Part shown: positions 25,233 through 39,937 of the stretch, in pieces
How the letters are laid out: each line of letters starts with the position of its first letter
Position numbering within the stretch: the first letter of the stretch is position 1
NCBI GenBank assembly: GCA_951406725.2
Contig: OX597832.1
Span: forward strand, 14,508,001-14,572,000
Source: Octopus vulgaris
Lineage: Eukaryota
Direction: 5' to 3'
DNA length: 64,000 nucleotides
Program-made: the position numbers and the translations under genes
The notes under the pieces: model-generated
What the model saw: the letters and a program-made list of their open reading frames with translations, nothing else
Database searches by the model: none
Told to the model about the DNA's origin: nothing

Positions 25233-25790
25233 GAGTGAGAGAGCAGTTCATGCCATCAAAGTGAAACTGGGGTAAAATATACGAAGCCCAATATACCCAT
25301 CATGACTACCCGTCTGATAGGGGTACACCAGGCACATGCATCACAACCATGTGTGCGCGACATGGTGATCTCATATCAAGGTAAACAGCGCATGACGTTG
25401 CAGGCGGGGCCCAGTTAGAATTTTCTTCAGGTCGAGTAGTACATCCCACTCGAAAGTTCCCTGAATAAGGGTATTTTAAGGATGTTGAACGAAACACACA
25501 TGTTTCCAGAGGTGAATTATTCAAACCCAAAAGAATCCCTCTCAACACACGGCTATGATGCTCCCCCACTACTTCTGCTCTTGATCAGAGATGCACATAT
25601 CGCCAGCCACTAAGGGACATGCTCAACTGGTTAAGGTCAAACAACTGACAAGCAAATCTGTGGTATTGGGCAGAATATTTGCTATAGCCCATCTTTTATA
25701 CCAAGACAAAACAATGTACATGATAACACTTCGAATCAGTTAAGATCAGAAGCCATGAGAGCCACTGCCTGGTACTGCATCAGGGCATTA
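25233..25790 (-). mobile_element. ~555-bp non-coding retroposed repeat with (AAT)n tail, lying between (ATT)n tracts
   Basis: GC-richer island ending ..TTTGATGGCATGAACTGCTCTCTCACTC(AAT)n on (-). A diverged copy of this 3' end lies at ~50338-50414 (+). Confidence 0.65.
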
Positions 25791-25815
25791 TCATTGTGGC
25801 CAATAAAAAGAATTG

Positions 25816-26290
<475 letters not shown>

Positions 26291-26557
26291 TGTTGTTGTT
26301 GTTGCCATTATCATTAGGATTATTTGATTCTCCTAAACAAAACTTGAATTATCAGATATCACTAAAGCAGAACCTATGAAGATAAAACAGTCCTTAAAAA
26401 AACATTCAGGCTTCGATGTATCCTGAAATATCATCGATCGGCATTTCATTCTCACATGTCTGATATATTTATCTTTATAGACTGAAGTATGTGCAAATAT
26501 ACTGATGCACGCGCTTGTGTATGTGCATATCTGTACACTTATACACAAGTGCACACA

Positions 26558-26595
<38 letters not shown>

Positions 26596-26789
26596 TCTGT
26601 AAATCTCTCTCTCTATCTCTATGTATATATGTGTGTATGTGTGTGAGTGTGTATATATAGAGAGAGTGAGAGTGAGAGAGATAATTATAAATATAAATAA
26701 ATAAATATATATATATATATTATATTCCATATATACATCTATATATATATATATATGTATATATATATGTATATATATATATGTATATA

Positions 26790-26880
<91 letters not shown>

Positions 26881-26881
26881 A

Positions 26882-26927
<46 letters not shown>

Positions 26928-27683
26928 CATATACATATACTTATACATATACATATACACATATAGTTTCTTATGATGTTTTGTATTATAGTGCTTTTTC
27001 ATTTCCAGATTAATTTTCTACAAGTGTTGTCGTAGATTAATAGTCACAATACATTAACTGTAATTATATTACGTATCCACCAGGGATATACCAATGTAGT
27101 ATTAATATAATTATCTTTGAGTTAACTTCCACATGTAATATGAATTATCCCACTAGAGTAACCGGAATGAATTCTGATGTTACATAATGTGCTAAAGCTA
27201 TAGGTAAATTCATCAGAAAGGGAATTCACGCATAAAGCTTTTAGAATGATATGTTTTAAAGGTATAAGGGTAGTGTTTATGTGAATAATGTGTAGATGAG
27301 CGAACAATAAAATGTATATATTTGATATAAACTTGTAACCGTTAACTGTGTAATATGAAATCGAAAAGATTCATATATACCGAGTTAATGATGATGAAAA
27401 AAATTGTGTTGTCATCTGAATATTATTCCGACTTTGAAACACAGAAACACATTCTGCATGCGCAACCTAATATTTGTGTGTGCGCGTATGTATGTGTATA
27501 TGTGTGTATGTTGATACATATAGGTATATATGTGTATATATAAATATACATATACACACGTATATATGTGTATTTGGAAGCCTCTTATTGTATTTCTATA
27601 CGAATAATATATAGTCTAATGACTAATTCGTTTTTTGTGCTAGGCCACTGATAAATAATAATTTATTGTTACCCTATTTTATT

Positions 27684-27715
<32 letters not shown>

Positions 27716-27761
27716 AGTGTGTGTGTCTATGTGTGCGTGTGTGCATACGGTTGTGGCATTG

Positions 27762-28102
27762 ACATTTACTGAAGCAAGAGGATGGAGCGCCACATCAACT
27801 TAGCAAATTTCCTAACATGGCCATCACGATACAGCTGTTGATACTGCAACACCTTGGATTTCAGGGAGCCACAGTTGTTCAATATACTCCCACAAAGACT
27901 GAGAGAGCTGCATATGGTAGATGAAAGTGTTTCCAATAGAGAACTAGGTCTCCTTTTGTCAAGAAATCCGGTAGAACGTAAATCTAGACAGGAAAAACAC
28001 CCGAGAGCCGTAAAATCAAACCTCCTCAAACATTCACCGAATACCACAAATAGGTGGAGGCTTAGTGAATTTGCAGCTAAGTGCTGATACTAAACGTAAA
28101 AA
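27762..28102 (+). mobile_element. CR1/L2-group LINE 3' fragment
   Basis: YCNTLDFREPQLFNILPQRLREL...ELGLLLSRNP...RAVKSNLL, typical of the post-RT C-terminus. Confidence 0.75.
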
Positions 28103-28110
28103 ATGCGTGA

Positions 28111-28158
<48 letters not shown>

Positions 28159-28227
28159 GTATATATAAGAGAAATGTGTACTTTTCATCTTACATATGTA
28201 TATATATAAATCTTATATATATATATG

Positions 28228-28273
<46 letters not shown>

Positions 28274-28330
28274 ACGTATATATAAGAGAAATGTGTACTT
28301 TTCATCTTACATATGTATATATATAAATCT

Positions 28331-28370
<40 letters not shown>

Positions 28371-28902
28371 CATACTTACATATATGTTTGTGTGTGTTTA
28401 TATGCATATTCTTATGCATGTTTATGTGAGGGTGCACCGTGTAGATGTCATGAACGCAGCAGGTTTATATCTAGATATTGTAAGAATATAGTTGCGTGTA
28501 TCTTTTATCTTTTTTTAAAAATATTTTTCTACCTATTGTGACAGGTAATTTTGGAGGGATATGTGAACTCACCGGGCAAATATCCCTTTTTTACCTGACA
28601 TAGAATTTCTTCATATTTATTGGAGTTAGATCACCCGTCCAATATTTCTAGAAGATATCAAAATCGTCCATTAAAAGTTTTCGCCCCCTTCCAATTCACT
28701 TGGACCAGCATCACAACGAACCTTCGGTTCCACGGTTAAATGTCTATGAAATGCTTTCCCGAGACGAAGAATGCGGTTTTCCGATTTTAGAATTTATTGA
28801 GAATGTCAAATAGTATTAATACTGCTTTCATCGCTAATAATGAAATTTACACAACTTTCTGGCTATATGCAGCAGCAAGAATTTGTTAATATTTGTTGCT
28901 TT

Positions 28903-29075
28903 AAGGCCGAAAGATGGCAGAAACATTAGCACGCCGGACATAGTGCTTAGCGGCATTTTGTTCGTCACTACGTTCAGCTTTCAAATTCCGCCGTGGTCAA
29001 CTTTGCCTTTCATCCTTTCGGTGTCGATAAATTAAGTACCATTTTCGTACTGTGTTCGATCAAATCGTCTAGACC
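28903..29075 (+). mobile_element. SINE of the AAGGCGGCGAG family
   Basis: GGCAGAAACATTAGCACGCCGG...TTTGCCTTTCATCCTTTCGGTGTCGATAAATTAAGTACC. Confidence 0.8.
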
Positions 29076-29480
29076 AAGTAGCAAAGAATATTTGTTGTTT
29101 TCTTTTCTTCTGTATTAGAAGATGTAAAATTAGTTACACTTCGTGGATACTAGTGGTTACTTGCTTCTGATAATACTAAAAGCCGTAGAAAACATTTGGC
29201 AATTTCAAAGCTATCGTGGACACTCTTCGTGTTTCTAGCATCACGCTTCTTTGCGAAATGCTTTTTCAATAGGAATACTGCGATATTTCTACAGTATCTT
29301 CACGATGTGTATTTGAACTAATACTGCTCCCGTCGCTTGTAACGAATATATTATAATGATAGATGTAATGTTAGATAGATCGATAGATATATTGACCGAT
29401 AGATTGATAAATAGATGTGCATAAAATATAAATACATATATATATGAATATATATATACATATATATATTTGTATATATA

Positions 29481-29511
<31 letters not shown>

Positions 29512-29552
29512 TTGTATATATATGTATATATATATATATACATATATATATT

Positions 29553-29586
<34 letters not shown>

Positions 29587-29697
29587 GGTCAAAACAGTCA
29601 TGGTGGACATAGGAGATTAACCTCGATGAAAGATATAATTCGATATCCAATTTAATATAACATTTCTTAACTTTCTCTTTTTACCCAAATCATACAA

Positions 29698-29747
<50 letters not shown>

Positions 29748-29794
29748 ACATACATACATCATAAATACAGAGACAGACACATACAGAAATATGC

Positions 29795-29835
<41 letters not shown>

Positions 29836-32064
29836 ATATATATATGTATGTATGTATGAATATATATACATATGTATCTATCAATACATAGATATATATG
29901 TATGTATGAATATATATACATATGTATCTATCAATACATAGATATATATGTATGTATGAATATATATATATACATATATGTATATCAATATATATATATC
30001 TATATATAGATTATGTTCAACGTAATCTACAACTTGTTTGGCTTAACGAAAATAATTGTTTTCATAACTTTAACAATATTAACGCACGAAGTCAAAGAAA
30101 TAACATAAACACAAAAGACTGAATACAGGATTATTTTACTTCAAATGAAAGAAATAGTTGAGAGAATAGTAGCTATGAATTATATAGAATGAATGATCGA
30201 TGGTGGGGAAGAGATACTTTCGGGCGAGAGCCGTTTTAGGATGAAATGTGTATTAAATGCATCATATACCGCAAGTTTGCTTGTCAGATGCTCTAAAACA
30301 CTTCACTGTCTATTTCATTTCGGCATTTGGTTTGCAAGATTCTTTATGCGAGTTCGTGTGTTGAAGCATATTCTATTTTATCCGAGGAGAGTCATTTTCT
30401 TTTTGTACATTATAATTTAACACACTCACACAGACGCAAAGATGTTGATATCCAGTTGACATCAGTTAGTAGATATGCATTAACTGTAGCTCTCAAGGAA
30501 GAATATGTATTTGAAAAACACATATATCAATATTATTTTGCATATAATCACAAGCTCCTGCACTGAAGTTGACACATTCACTTCTATGAAGGTATACACG
30601 AATACCTTATATGAATATATAATCGTTTTAGTCAAGTGGATGAAATTCCTGCTTTCCATACTGAGCGAGATAGTGGAATTTATCTTCAAAAAATGACTAG
30701 ACCTAATATTTGAATGAGCAAAGAAAGTCGAAAGGAACATGATTTTCAATTTTCTTTTGTGAAGGATAGAGATTGAGCGAGGCTTCCAGGGAAGAACACA
30801 GAAGGAAGATATACAAGGTAAAGTGTTGCATGACAAACGACGTAATTGAAACTCATAAAGAAATAGTGATTTCACTATTATCTGTTTAAGTCCTGTAATC
30901 TAACATTTGGCAGAAGAGATCGCTAGGGTAAGATCCAAACATTAAAAAGTGTACTGATGCCTATTCCCTGTAATGTAATTCGTCAAGGCAGTATCTCTGT
31001 ATGGTCGCAGACTGATTACTAAAACAATAAAAAGAAAACATACAGAATCAAGAAAGAAAACAAAATATGAACTGGATCATTAGCAAGAAAAGAGATTATT
31101 GAGAATTGTTGACCCTGCACCATGGGTATGTCCAGTCACCGCAATTGAGGCCAAGATACACGTATGTTCCTATATGTAAGAACATTATAGATCCACACTT
31201 ACAGAGATCCTTTCTATCTGTAAACTACAGATAATTTTCCCGAAAAAATGATGCTGTACTCTCGTTCTCGTTTTACGTATTGGGCGTGCGATCCTAATTG
31301 TCCAGTTACGACAGTAACCTACAATGTTATTTGAAAGACATAGTCCGAAGTCGTGTGTCAGAGACCCTATAATTAGGGAAATTTGTGGCACACCTCTTAT
31401 TCCGCAAGGTAAAATCCTTAGGTAGTGTGTATAGTTTGCATCTTCCGAGATTTAGTTTGTATTACGAAATTTGGGAACCATTTTTGTGTTCGTATGAAGG
31501 ACAGACAGTCTTTAAATGTTCATCACGAAATAGTTCTAGCTCGCTCTATGCATAATTTACTTTTAGGATCTAAGGCATTTGTGTGCATAACATCCATACT
31601 ATCTCAAATATACGTGAGGTAATCTTATGCAAACTACACGTAGAATTTTTAGCGATAATCCGTAGAGTATTACACAATTTTGCTTTTATTATCCCGGTTG
31701 CTACGTCAGAATATGCTACATTATACGGAAGAACATGTTATTTGACCTCCTCCTATATTCAATTTGTGGAGAAAGTGACTCTTATAATACTATTTTTCTT
31801 CTTTTTGTTTTGTTTCCCCACATCTCTTCCAAATTCTTCAATCCATGTCTTCATATTTGAAATCGGTTGGCATTTTGTCATGATGTATATTAGCATACGT
31901 AAGTTATTACGTGATCTTTAATGTTATTCAATCCCCTCACAGATATGGGAATTTTGTAATGTTAATGACAGGTGATGGTGTGCTAAATCTAATACAGCAT
32001 CAAGTGAATGATACTTTAAGAAAAAAATAAATTGCATTATAGGCAACGACGAAGTAAACTACAG

Positions 32065-32065
<1 letters not shown>

Positions 32066-32126
<61 letters not shown>

Positions 32127-32185
32127 GCTGCTGCTACTAATGATAATGATAATAATGATGATGATGATCATAATAATAATAATAA

Positions 32186-32229
<44 letters not shown>

Positions 32230-32293
32230 GTAATAATGATAATAACAACAAAAATACTACTACTGCTGCTGCTACTGCTACTGCGGCTGTACA

Positions 32294-32362
<69 letters not shown>
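32066..32362. repeat. Compound (CTA)n/(ATA)n microsatellite
   Basis: Direct reading. Confidence 0.95.
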
Positions 32363-32364
<2 letters not shown>

Positions 32365-33053
32365 ATCAACAGCAATTTAAATAGCAACAAAAGTTAAATA
32401 GCAACACCAGCAGCAACCGCACTCTAATTTAAAAGGGCGAAGTTGGTAAAACTGTCTTCTGTTTAAGCGGCAGCAGAGCTTTGGGATATTATTCCAGCAA
32501 TTCTTTTGTTTTAAGAAATTTCATATACAAAGTAATTTATTTGCGATTTCTTTCTGGTTTCCTCAAAATGTCGGTTTCAATATTTTAGTTTTAAATATCT
32601 AACAGATATTTCATGTCACAATCACTATTCGAAATCACGTATAACAGAAGCAATATGCGCCATGTCTCCGTTGTTCTAATTACTCAAGAATTTTCCCATC
32701 ACGTTAAAGCAGAAGTGCATACGCAGAGAGCCGGCGATAAAAAGTATTATACTGCAATGACTGCGGAGGACGGAGTGCTAAGGTGACATGACCAATAACC
32801 GAACACGCAACATTATAAAGTTCACTAGCATTGCCCAACTAGTACTTGATTCTCTAAACTTTCCGCCAATCCACTACATCAAATTACTAATATATTTAAT
32901 TGTCGTCGTATATATGAAAAGCGAATTTGATATTCGAATCATAAGAAATGTGTGTGTGTAAAGCAACATAAGAGATACCACAACGCAAATTGATTCAGCA
33001 TATTAATAATTCCCCGAATACATCACCTCGAACTATGAGCTGATAGTATAAAT

Positions 33054-33283
33054 AAGGCGGCGAACTGGCAGAAACGTTAGCACGCCGGGAGAAATGCGTA
33101 TCCGCATTTCGTCTGCCGTTACGTTCTGAGTTCAAATTCCGAGGTCGACTTTGCCTTTCATCCTTTCAGGGTCGATAGATAAGGTACCAGTTACGCACTG
33201 GGGTCGAAATAATCGACTTAATCCGTGTGTCTGTCCTTGTTTGTCCCCTCTGTGTTTAGCCCCTAGTGGGTAGTAAAGAAATA
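33054..33283 (+). mobile_element. Full-length young-tail SINE with TSD
   Basis: AAGGCGGCGAACTGGC...GTAGTAAAGAAATA, flanked by AGTATAAAT direct repeats. Confidence 0.9.
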
Positions 33284-34544
33284 AGTATAAATTCAGCTAT
33301 GGTATAAATACAGAAAATTTATCGCAATCAACTACTGATTCTAATATTTTCTAATGATAAATATTAATATTGTATGGAATATCAGAAAACATGCTGTAAC
33401 TGTTTTGCTGCTTCTTACTTTAGTGAAGATATCAATGTAAAAATATGCCTTTATATATTAGGAGAGCATGTGTACACTTTCTAGTTACCATAGCATTTCA
33501 CACTAACATGCTTTTAATCATACACCGGAGAAATGTCTATTTGAATGCTAATGTTATTCTCGTGATAATTTGCAAGTGTTTACCTTCAGAAATGCTCGTA
33601 CAAACAGAAACGTAATCTATAGGTGAAAACACATAACCGCTAGCAGAGACATAGATCCACGTGAATGTAGATCAATGGAAAGATGTCCTCAATTCACTAG
33701 AGAGGTAATTAGTAGAATATTAAAAAAAATGACATGCATATAGGTTTTCACAGTTGTTCGAACACGTTTGCAGACCTGAATGTGTACAAACATGTGTATG
33801 CACACGTGATGATGTATGGATGTTATGCAAATTAGCATTTAGGAAGGAATAAATAATACGCGACAAACCGTAGCATAATTCATGTCGGCATAAATGCAGA
33901 TTCAACATATGTAACAGCGAAAAAACTTATGAAACGGCATGTGATTACTTGTCTGCCTTCAGGTATTATTTGTTTATCTCTTACTTATATATTTTGATAT
34001 TTGTGCGTTAATTCAGTAAAGATATATGTCAGTACACAAGCTTACAACAGCCACAAATAAACTGACTTACACACGCGCGCAATCAGAAACATACGTATAA
34101 TAACTAATAAATGAGAAGCAAATAGGAATTGCATCTTTTTTCCTGCAATAAGAGTATTCTGCAACAGCGGTTTTTCCTTCGCAGTCATTTACAGTGTATG
34201 TATATGTATGTGTAGGTGAGGTGTAAGTGTGTGTCGGATGAATATGTATGTGTGTTTATATCAGTGTGAATATAAGAATTTTGTTTCGAAGTATGTTTAA
34301 TAATAAATGCGGAACACATACTAATGGGAAAGTGCATACTAAAATTAGTTACATTCCATATAAAGATCAGTACTTTCGATTACAAATTAATAAAGCCCAT
34401 ATATATATAGCGATTTCAAAGGCAGCTTATTACATAAACATGCATACAAAGGCCAACGCACACATCTATCAAACCATATATACATGCATACACGCATACA
34501 GACAGACAGAGAAAACATATATACATACATATATATGTTGTGGA

Positions 34545-34654
34545 CATGGGTGATTTTTTTAAGGATATCGGACTCATATTCATAAGATTACGGACAAGAT
34601 GGTACTGTTATTCCTGGATCTACGGCACATTGATTTCCTGAAAAAGCACCCTGT
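34545..34654. mobile_element. Possible tiny Tc1-type MITE
   Basis: ACATGGGTGATTTTTTTAAGGA vs the reverse complement of the right end, ACAGGGTGCTTTTTCAGGA (CAGGGTG-type TIR). Confidence 0.35.
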
Positions 34655-35815
34655 TTCACTTTATTCATGTCCTCTCAGCCGGTCAAAATTAGTGATCTCT
34701 TCACGTTTTTTCTCCCCCAATTTTCAGAACATTTATTAATGAGACAGCTTAATCTTCTAAGGGAAGAAAATTTCTTTGTTCACTGTAGTACCGATACTTT
34801 ACGCATTCGTCTTGTATCAGAGTCCAAAAAGAGAACTCGTAATTTTTTGTTAAATTCCAACCAAGAAATCATATTTAGAAGGAAAACAATTGTAATTTTC
34901 TGAATGGTAGAATTCGCTCTTGGACCGAAAATATAAATTGTAAACTTATGGAATTCTTGACACACTTCCTGCTGCATAACTACGGAGAATGTGTTTCTCA
35001 AGGAATGTTGTTGTAATAGATGCCTATATTGCTTGCATTTATACTTGATTTTGAAACTCTTATTATAGATCTTTTTCACTGCCAATTTATCCAAAAAAAT
35101 CTTCTAAATAAATAAGTCCGGAAATATAGTTTAGTTGTTTAGGGGTTTTACGGTTTAGCAAGGCGGATTGAGAAAATTATATCTTTGTGGCCAAATCTTT
35201 TCAGTATCGAACCAGATAAAATTTCCCGAGTTTTACACTTGTGCATATTGACAAAAAAACCTCCACAAACGTTTGTATTTTTGTGATAATCAGGCGTTTA
35301 TCGTCATTCTCTTTATTCTCTTGTGTCTTTAAGGAGCCAGCATTATCTCGAAGAATATGCGGAAACACCTTTACTTCTCTATATAAATTAACTCTTATAT
35401 ACCGTTTTGAAAACAACGTTTTACTAGTATTGATTCTTTTTTACTGTCTGTATAGGTCTGCTTTTATATAGAGGTTATCTGGTAATATTTTTAGTGTACG
35501 ATCTGACAATTTAATAAATTTTGTGCCTACTATAACTTTATCTTCTTACCGTTGTCGTATTCATAAAGGAGTGGTATGTTTTTGCTCTTTTCTTAATCAC
35601 ATATGTTTGGGCTTGAATATGGCTGCTCACCGTTTTTGGCTAGAAACAATTTATCCGTTATCACAAATAAGATAAAAAATTAGCATTGAGGCAAATATTT
35701 CAAAGCTAATAATGTATAATGAAATGAGGAGATTCACAATGACTCGAGCATCAATCGATTATGTGTGTGTGTGCGTTAGTGTGCTTGTGTGTGTGAGTGT
35801 GTGTGTGTGTGTGTT

Positions 35816-35847
<32 letters not shown>

Positions 35848-36340
35848 CGTGTGTGTATGTAAGATGCTTGGCCTCTTGTGACCGAGGAAGATGATCAATG
35901 ATCATGAAGAATATTGTACGTTCAGGCGAATTTATATTTTACACATTTTGCTTCGGAGGTGATTAATAATCTCAGCTGGAGATAAATATAAATTAACATA
36001 GATATTGCGGACCAAGTTTCCCCCCCACGTCATTTACAACATCATCTTGAATTAACTCTTCATTGGAAATGTGTCTTTTCAAACTTATCCCTTCACGTCT
36101 TTACTGATAGCCTTTACTGGTGGCGATGACAATTATCGGTCTCCCATTTGACCTGCCATGTTTCACATGCGGTCAACGAGGACTTTACTCAATCATTCAA
36201 TCGTTGCCTTAATTTTTATTGAGGGTCACTTTCCACAAATATATTCAGCTTATAATCACTTCGTAGGGGCCTCTGATCTTTCATCTGCACAATGTACCCA
36301 ATCTAATGTAAAGTGTGTTTGTGCATGTGTGGTTAATATT

Positions 36341-36677
36341 CTTTTTCTTCTCAAGGCACAATTCCCAAAACGTTTGGGGAGTGGGCCTGTCGATTATATA
36401 GAACCCAGTACGTAACTGAAACTTAATTTATCGACCTACGAAAGGATGGACGGCCAAGTCGAACTCAGTGGAATTTGAACTCAAAACTTAAAGCATTTTG
36501 CCCGGTGTTCTAAAGTTTCTGCCAACTCTCCGACTTGCATGTGTGTTTAACATTATGTCATAAATTGCCTATCATCCTTTCGGGTCAATAAATTAAATAA
36601 CAGTTGCATACTGGGGTCGATCTAATCGATTGGCCCATCCCACCAAAATTTGGGTCTTGTGCCTACCGTAGAAACAT
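36341..36677. mobile_element. Two older-tail SINEs in inverted orientation, each with its own TSD
   Basis: Minus copy 36341-36535 has TSD TGCATGTGTG.TTAA.ATT; plus truncated copy 36564-36677 has TSD ATTATGTCATAA. Confidence 0.75.
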
Positions 36678-37744
36678 ATTATGTCATAATATATTTTATA
36701 CCACTTTTATGATACAATTACACTCGGTATCCTCCATAGTTTGGTTGGCATCATATTAAAACGCAAGTGTTCGAACAGAAATGGGAAAAATAAAGGTAAA
36801 AAAATGAAAGAAAAAAATTCCAATAAAATTGCATTGCATCCTTTATATTATTAGCGATTACAACAGTCTTTCGCTTGTATTGAAATTAAAGTTGTTGCTT
36901 TGCTGGCTGATTTATGATCGAATCCAGGTTATAATTGCCATGTCAAATTCATTCTATGTGCAGTCATTACCCATCGGAAATATTATCTCCTAAATGATTT
37001 TGCATTATAAGTAGCGGCCAGATTCACTGCTACTTGAAAATAAACTGTCAGGGGAATTTAAGAGTCCAAATATATTGTTTTGATGGAAATTAAAATTTAA
37101 TTTAAATATGTGAACGACATTCACAAAAAAATACACTTTTCTAACATGTGAAAGAAATATAATGCCTCCTGCTGAATTTCTTGCTTTCCCAAATAGTGTT
37201 AATTAGTACAATTCTGGGTCCAAATTAAAGAAACTATTAGCAAAATAATAAGCAAATATGCCGAAATAAATCTTGATGGACGTTATTCATTAATTAAATC
37301 TTAGACGTTATTTGATGTTTTATGCTTATCAATATTGGTTTAAAACCGGTATGTCTGTCCCAGGCATGCATTGTCGTTAACACATTTACTTCTGGACAAT
37401 TATCATAATATTTAATCTATCAATTCTTAAATCACACACAGTAACACACAGACACACATAAAGATATATATTAGATATATAATACACAATAAATGTTTAA
37501 AAAATACAGAATGTATTATATATGTATCGTATAATTAAATTCTTGGGTTATATTTTATTAATCAGAGCAGAATGAGGAATAAATGGATGTATCTAAAATT
37601 ACAGGACTATTTCTTAAATGTATTTTATGGAAATATGGGCAAAATATATGCTCTTTCACTCATATCAAAATTATCATTCATGATAAGGACAAATAAAAGA
37701 TGAAACTTACATATAAGTACATATGATATTTATATATATATATG

Positions 37745-38197
37745 GGTACTATTTAAGAAGAGTGGTCCCGGTGCGCGCACTCAAGCATCCACGCTAGCTA
37801 GTCATGACTAGTCGATCCTACGACTACCTCGCGCGAGTGCTCGTATGCAAATGTGTTCAAATATTTTTTTAAACACAGTAAATAATCTTTTTCTAAACAA
37901 ACTAAATAAAAAAGTCTTCGTTTCTTAAAAATTCCAAAATACGACTAGGTATAATATCTTCTCACGTATTTATGGTCCCATAATACAGTCATAAATACAT
38001 CTTCTGAGATGACCGGTCTTTCACAAACTACTGTTGTTCAATGGTATCATTACATGAGGGATATTACAAGTGATTATCTTTTGCGTAACTCCCTACCAAA
38101 TTGGTGGACTTGGACACATCGTAGAAACAGATGAATCTATGATGTGCAAGCACAAGTAAAACAGAGGCAGAATGCCACAGGAAAGATGGGTTTTTAT
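37745..38197 (+). mobile_element. Merlin (IS1595/ISXO2-like) DNA transposon relic
   Basis: 37912-38195 translates, with frameshifts, to SSFLKNSKIRL..LLTYLWS..EMTGLSQTTVVQWYHYMRDIT..IGGLGHIVETDESMMCKHK*NRGRMPQERWVF, matching the Merlin IGG..VEIDES..KRKYNRGR..WVFG signature. Putative GG-initiated TIR GGTACTATTTAAG at 37745. Confidence 0.8.
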
Positions 38198-38235
38198 TCC
38201 GCTAGATAGTCATTGTAGGATATCATGATAGATTG

Positions 38236-38404
38236 TTAGCCACTTCACGCATTTTTTCTCTCTTTGTTATTTCTGTGTCCCTTTCTGTAGAAGAGCGTAG
38301 ACTCGAAACGTAAAAGACTTTTTCTATTCCTGAGCGTTATACTAATACATCTGTTTGTTTTGTACACCACCTGTCTTCGTCTTTTGTTTTTTTCGCAAAC
38401 TCGA

Positions 38405-38406
<2 letters not shown>
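38236..38406 (+). mobile_element. Penelope-like terminal fragment with variant hammerhead motif
   Basis: Homologous to 1834-2006. CTTT-CTGTAGA-AGAGCGTAGACTC-GAAACGTA-AAAG at 38281-38316; ends at (TA)n. Confidence 0.55.
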
Positions 38407-38465
<59 letters not shown>

Positions 38466-39905
38466 CTGTCTACACACATACACACACGCGCAAACACATA
38501 CACATACTCACCCACATACACATACTCACCCACATACAGCAGGTTAGAATATTCCACCAAATTGGAGAATTATAGATGTCATTAAATGTGACTAGAGTGT
38601 TAAGAAACATCTACATTGCTAGAAATAAGAGCTAAATTGCTCTAATGCTGTAAATAACGCACACAAATTAAAGCATACACTAACACGGATCTGAATCGTC
38701 CGAAAAATACCGATCCAGAATTTTTAATGATGATGTTAGTTTCGGCAATTTCCGTGGCCTCACAAGTTAAACCTGCTCGATATCGACTTCTTTCGGCTTG
38801 CTTCCCCATTGGTGTATATATCCTTTCGTCATCCAAATTAACAGATGATTAAGTGATTCGCTAATGTGCATACATAAAATTAGTATAAACAGCAAATTTT
38901 AATGTTTCATCAAATTGGCGAATTATAATTCACACTAAATTTGACCAGGGTGTTAAGAAACATATAGGATTTTTTATTTCGAGAAACAAAAATTATATGT
39001 GGTAAGCAAATTAAATACAGTTGATATCCGCAGTTTTATTAAAATAAAGAAAAATGGACCGTTTAATCTTTAGTGTATTCGACACGTTTAATTATTTCTT
39101 GAGTAGCTGCTTTTACAGCGAAGCCAATGATGATATATGAAATTTGTTAAAAACATTGGCCAACACGAAGGCTTCAATTTTTTTTACTGCATATTAACTT
39201 CCTTAAAGCGTTTATGTGACAAATGTATTCGATATTAGTCAAATATTACTTTACTGGATATTTAACCGTGAGCAATCAAAAAGGAAAGAAAAATTGAAGT
39301 AGATTAGTTCAACAAGCAGCTGCCATACAATTTTCATCTCTTTATCGAGTCATCACTCAAAATGGGTTTACTGATTGATTATTTTAAAGTTGTTTTGCTG
39401 GAGGATATACGATTAAATCCTGGCCGCGAATACGAAGCCAAATTCACAGAGAATCCTAATCTTAATCCATCGCTGATATTCTTTATACTCCATAGAAACT
39501 TGACACACATATATTAAGACATGCATTTATAGAAACAAAATTGTGATCAACAAGGATGTATTTCGTCGATGTATTATTATGGAAATTCGATGTAAATTTT
39601 CAGATTCTATCGCGAAAACTTAAGAAGAAATATATATATATACGTTTAAATCTTCGTTTGCTTTGCATCATAATACGTCATAGACATTGATGCCTTATGT
39701 TTGCGTTTCTTTGCCTCCTAAAGTTAGTTTTACTGTTAATTCTAGATCGGTATGCTTTCGGGGTATATAAATGTCAGTGAAGTACATGAATCCATGCTTG
39801 CAACTGACCGCTCGGAAACGAACCTGCTTATGTTATGAATAATGATACATGGGCAAAAATATACGTAATTTTCTGTTATCTAATGATGCCTACAATCATA
39901 TATAA

Positions 39906-39936
<31 letters not shown>

Positions 39937-39937
<1 letters not shown>

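Noticed and set aside
34700-35600. Cluster of short ORFs that might be an old retroelement
   Set aside because: No diagnostic motif could be recovered by eye.
37742-37982. Apparent GGG(T)AC inverted ends suggesting a Harbinger MITE
   Set aside because: The right-hand match lies inside the Merlin transposase reading frame (YLWSH).
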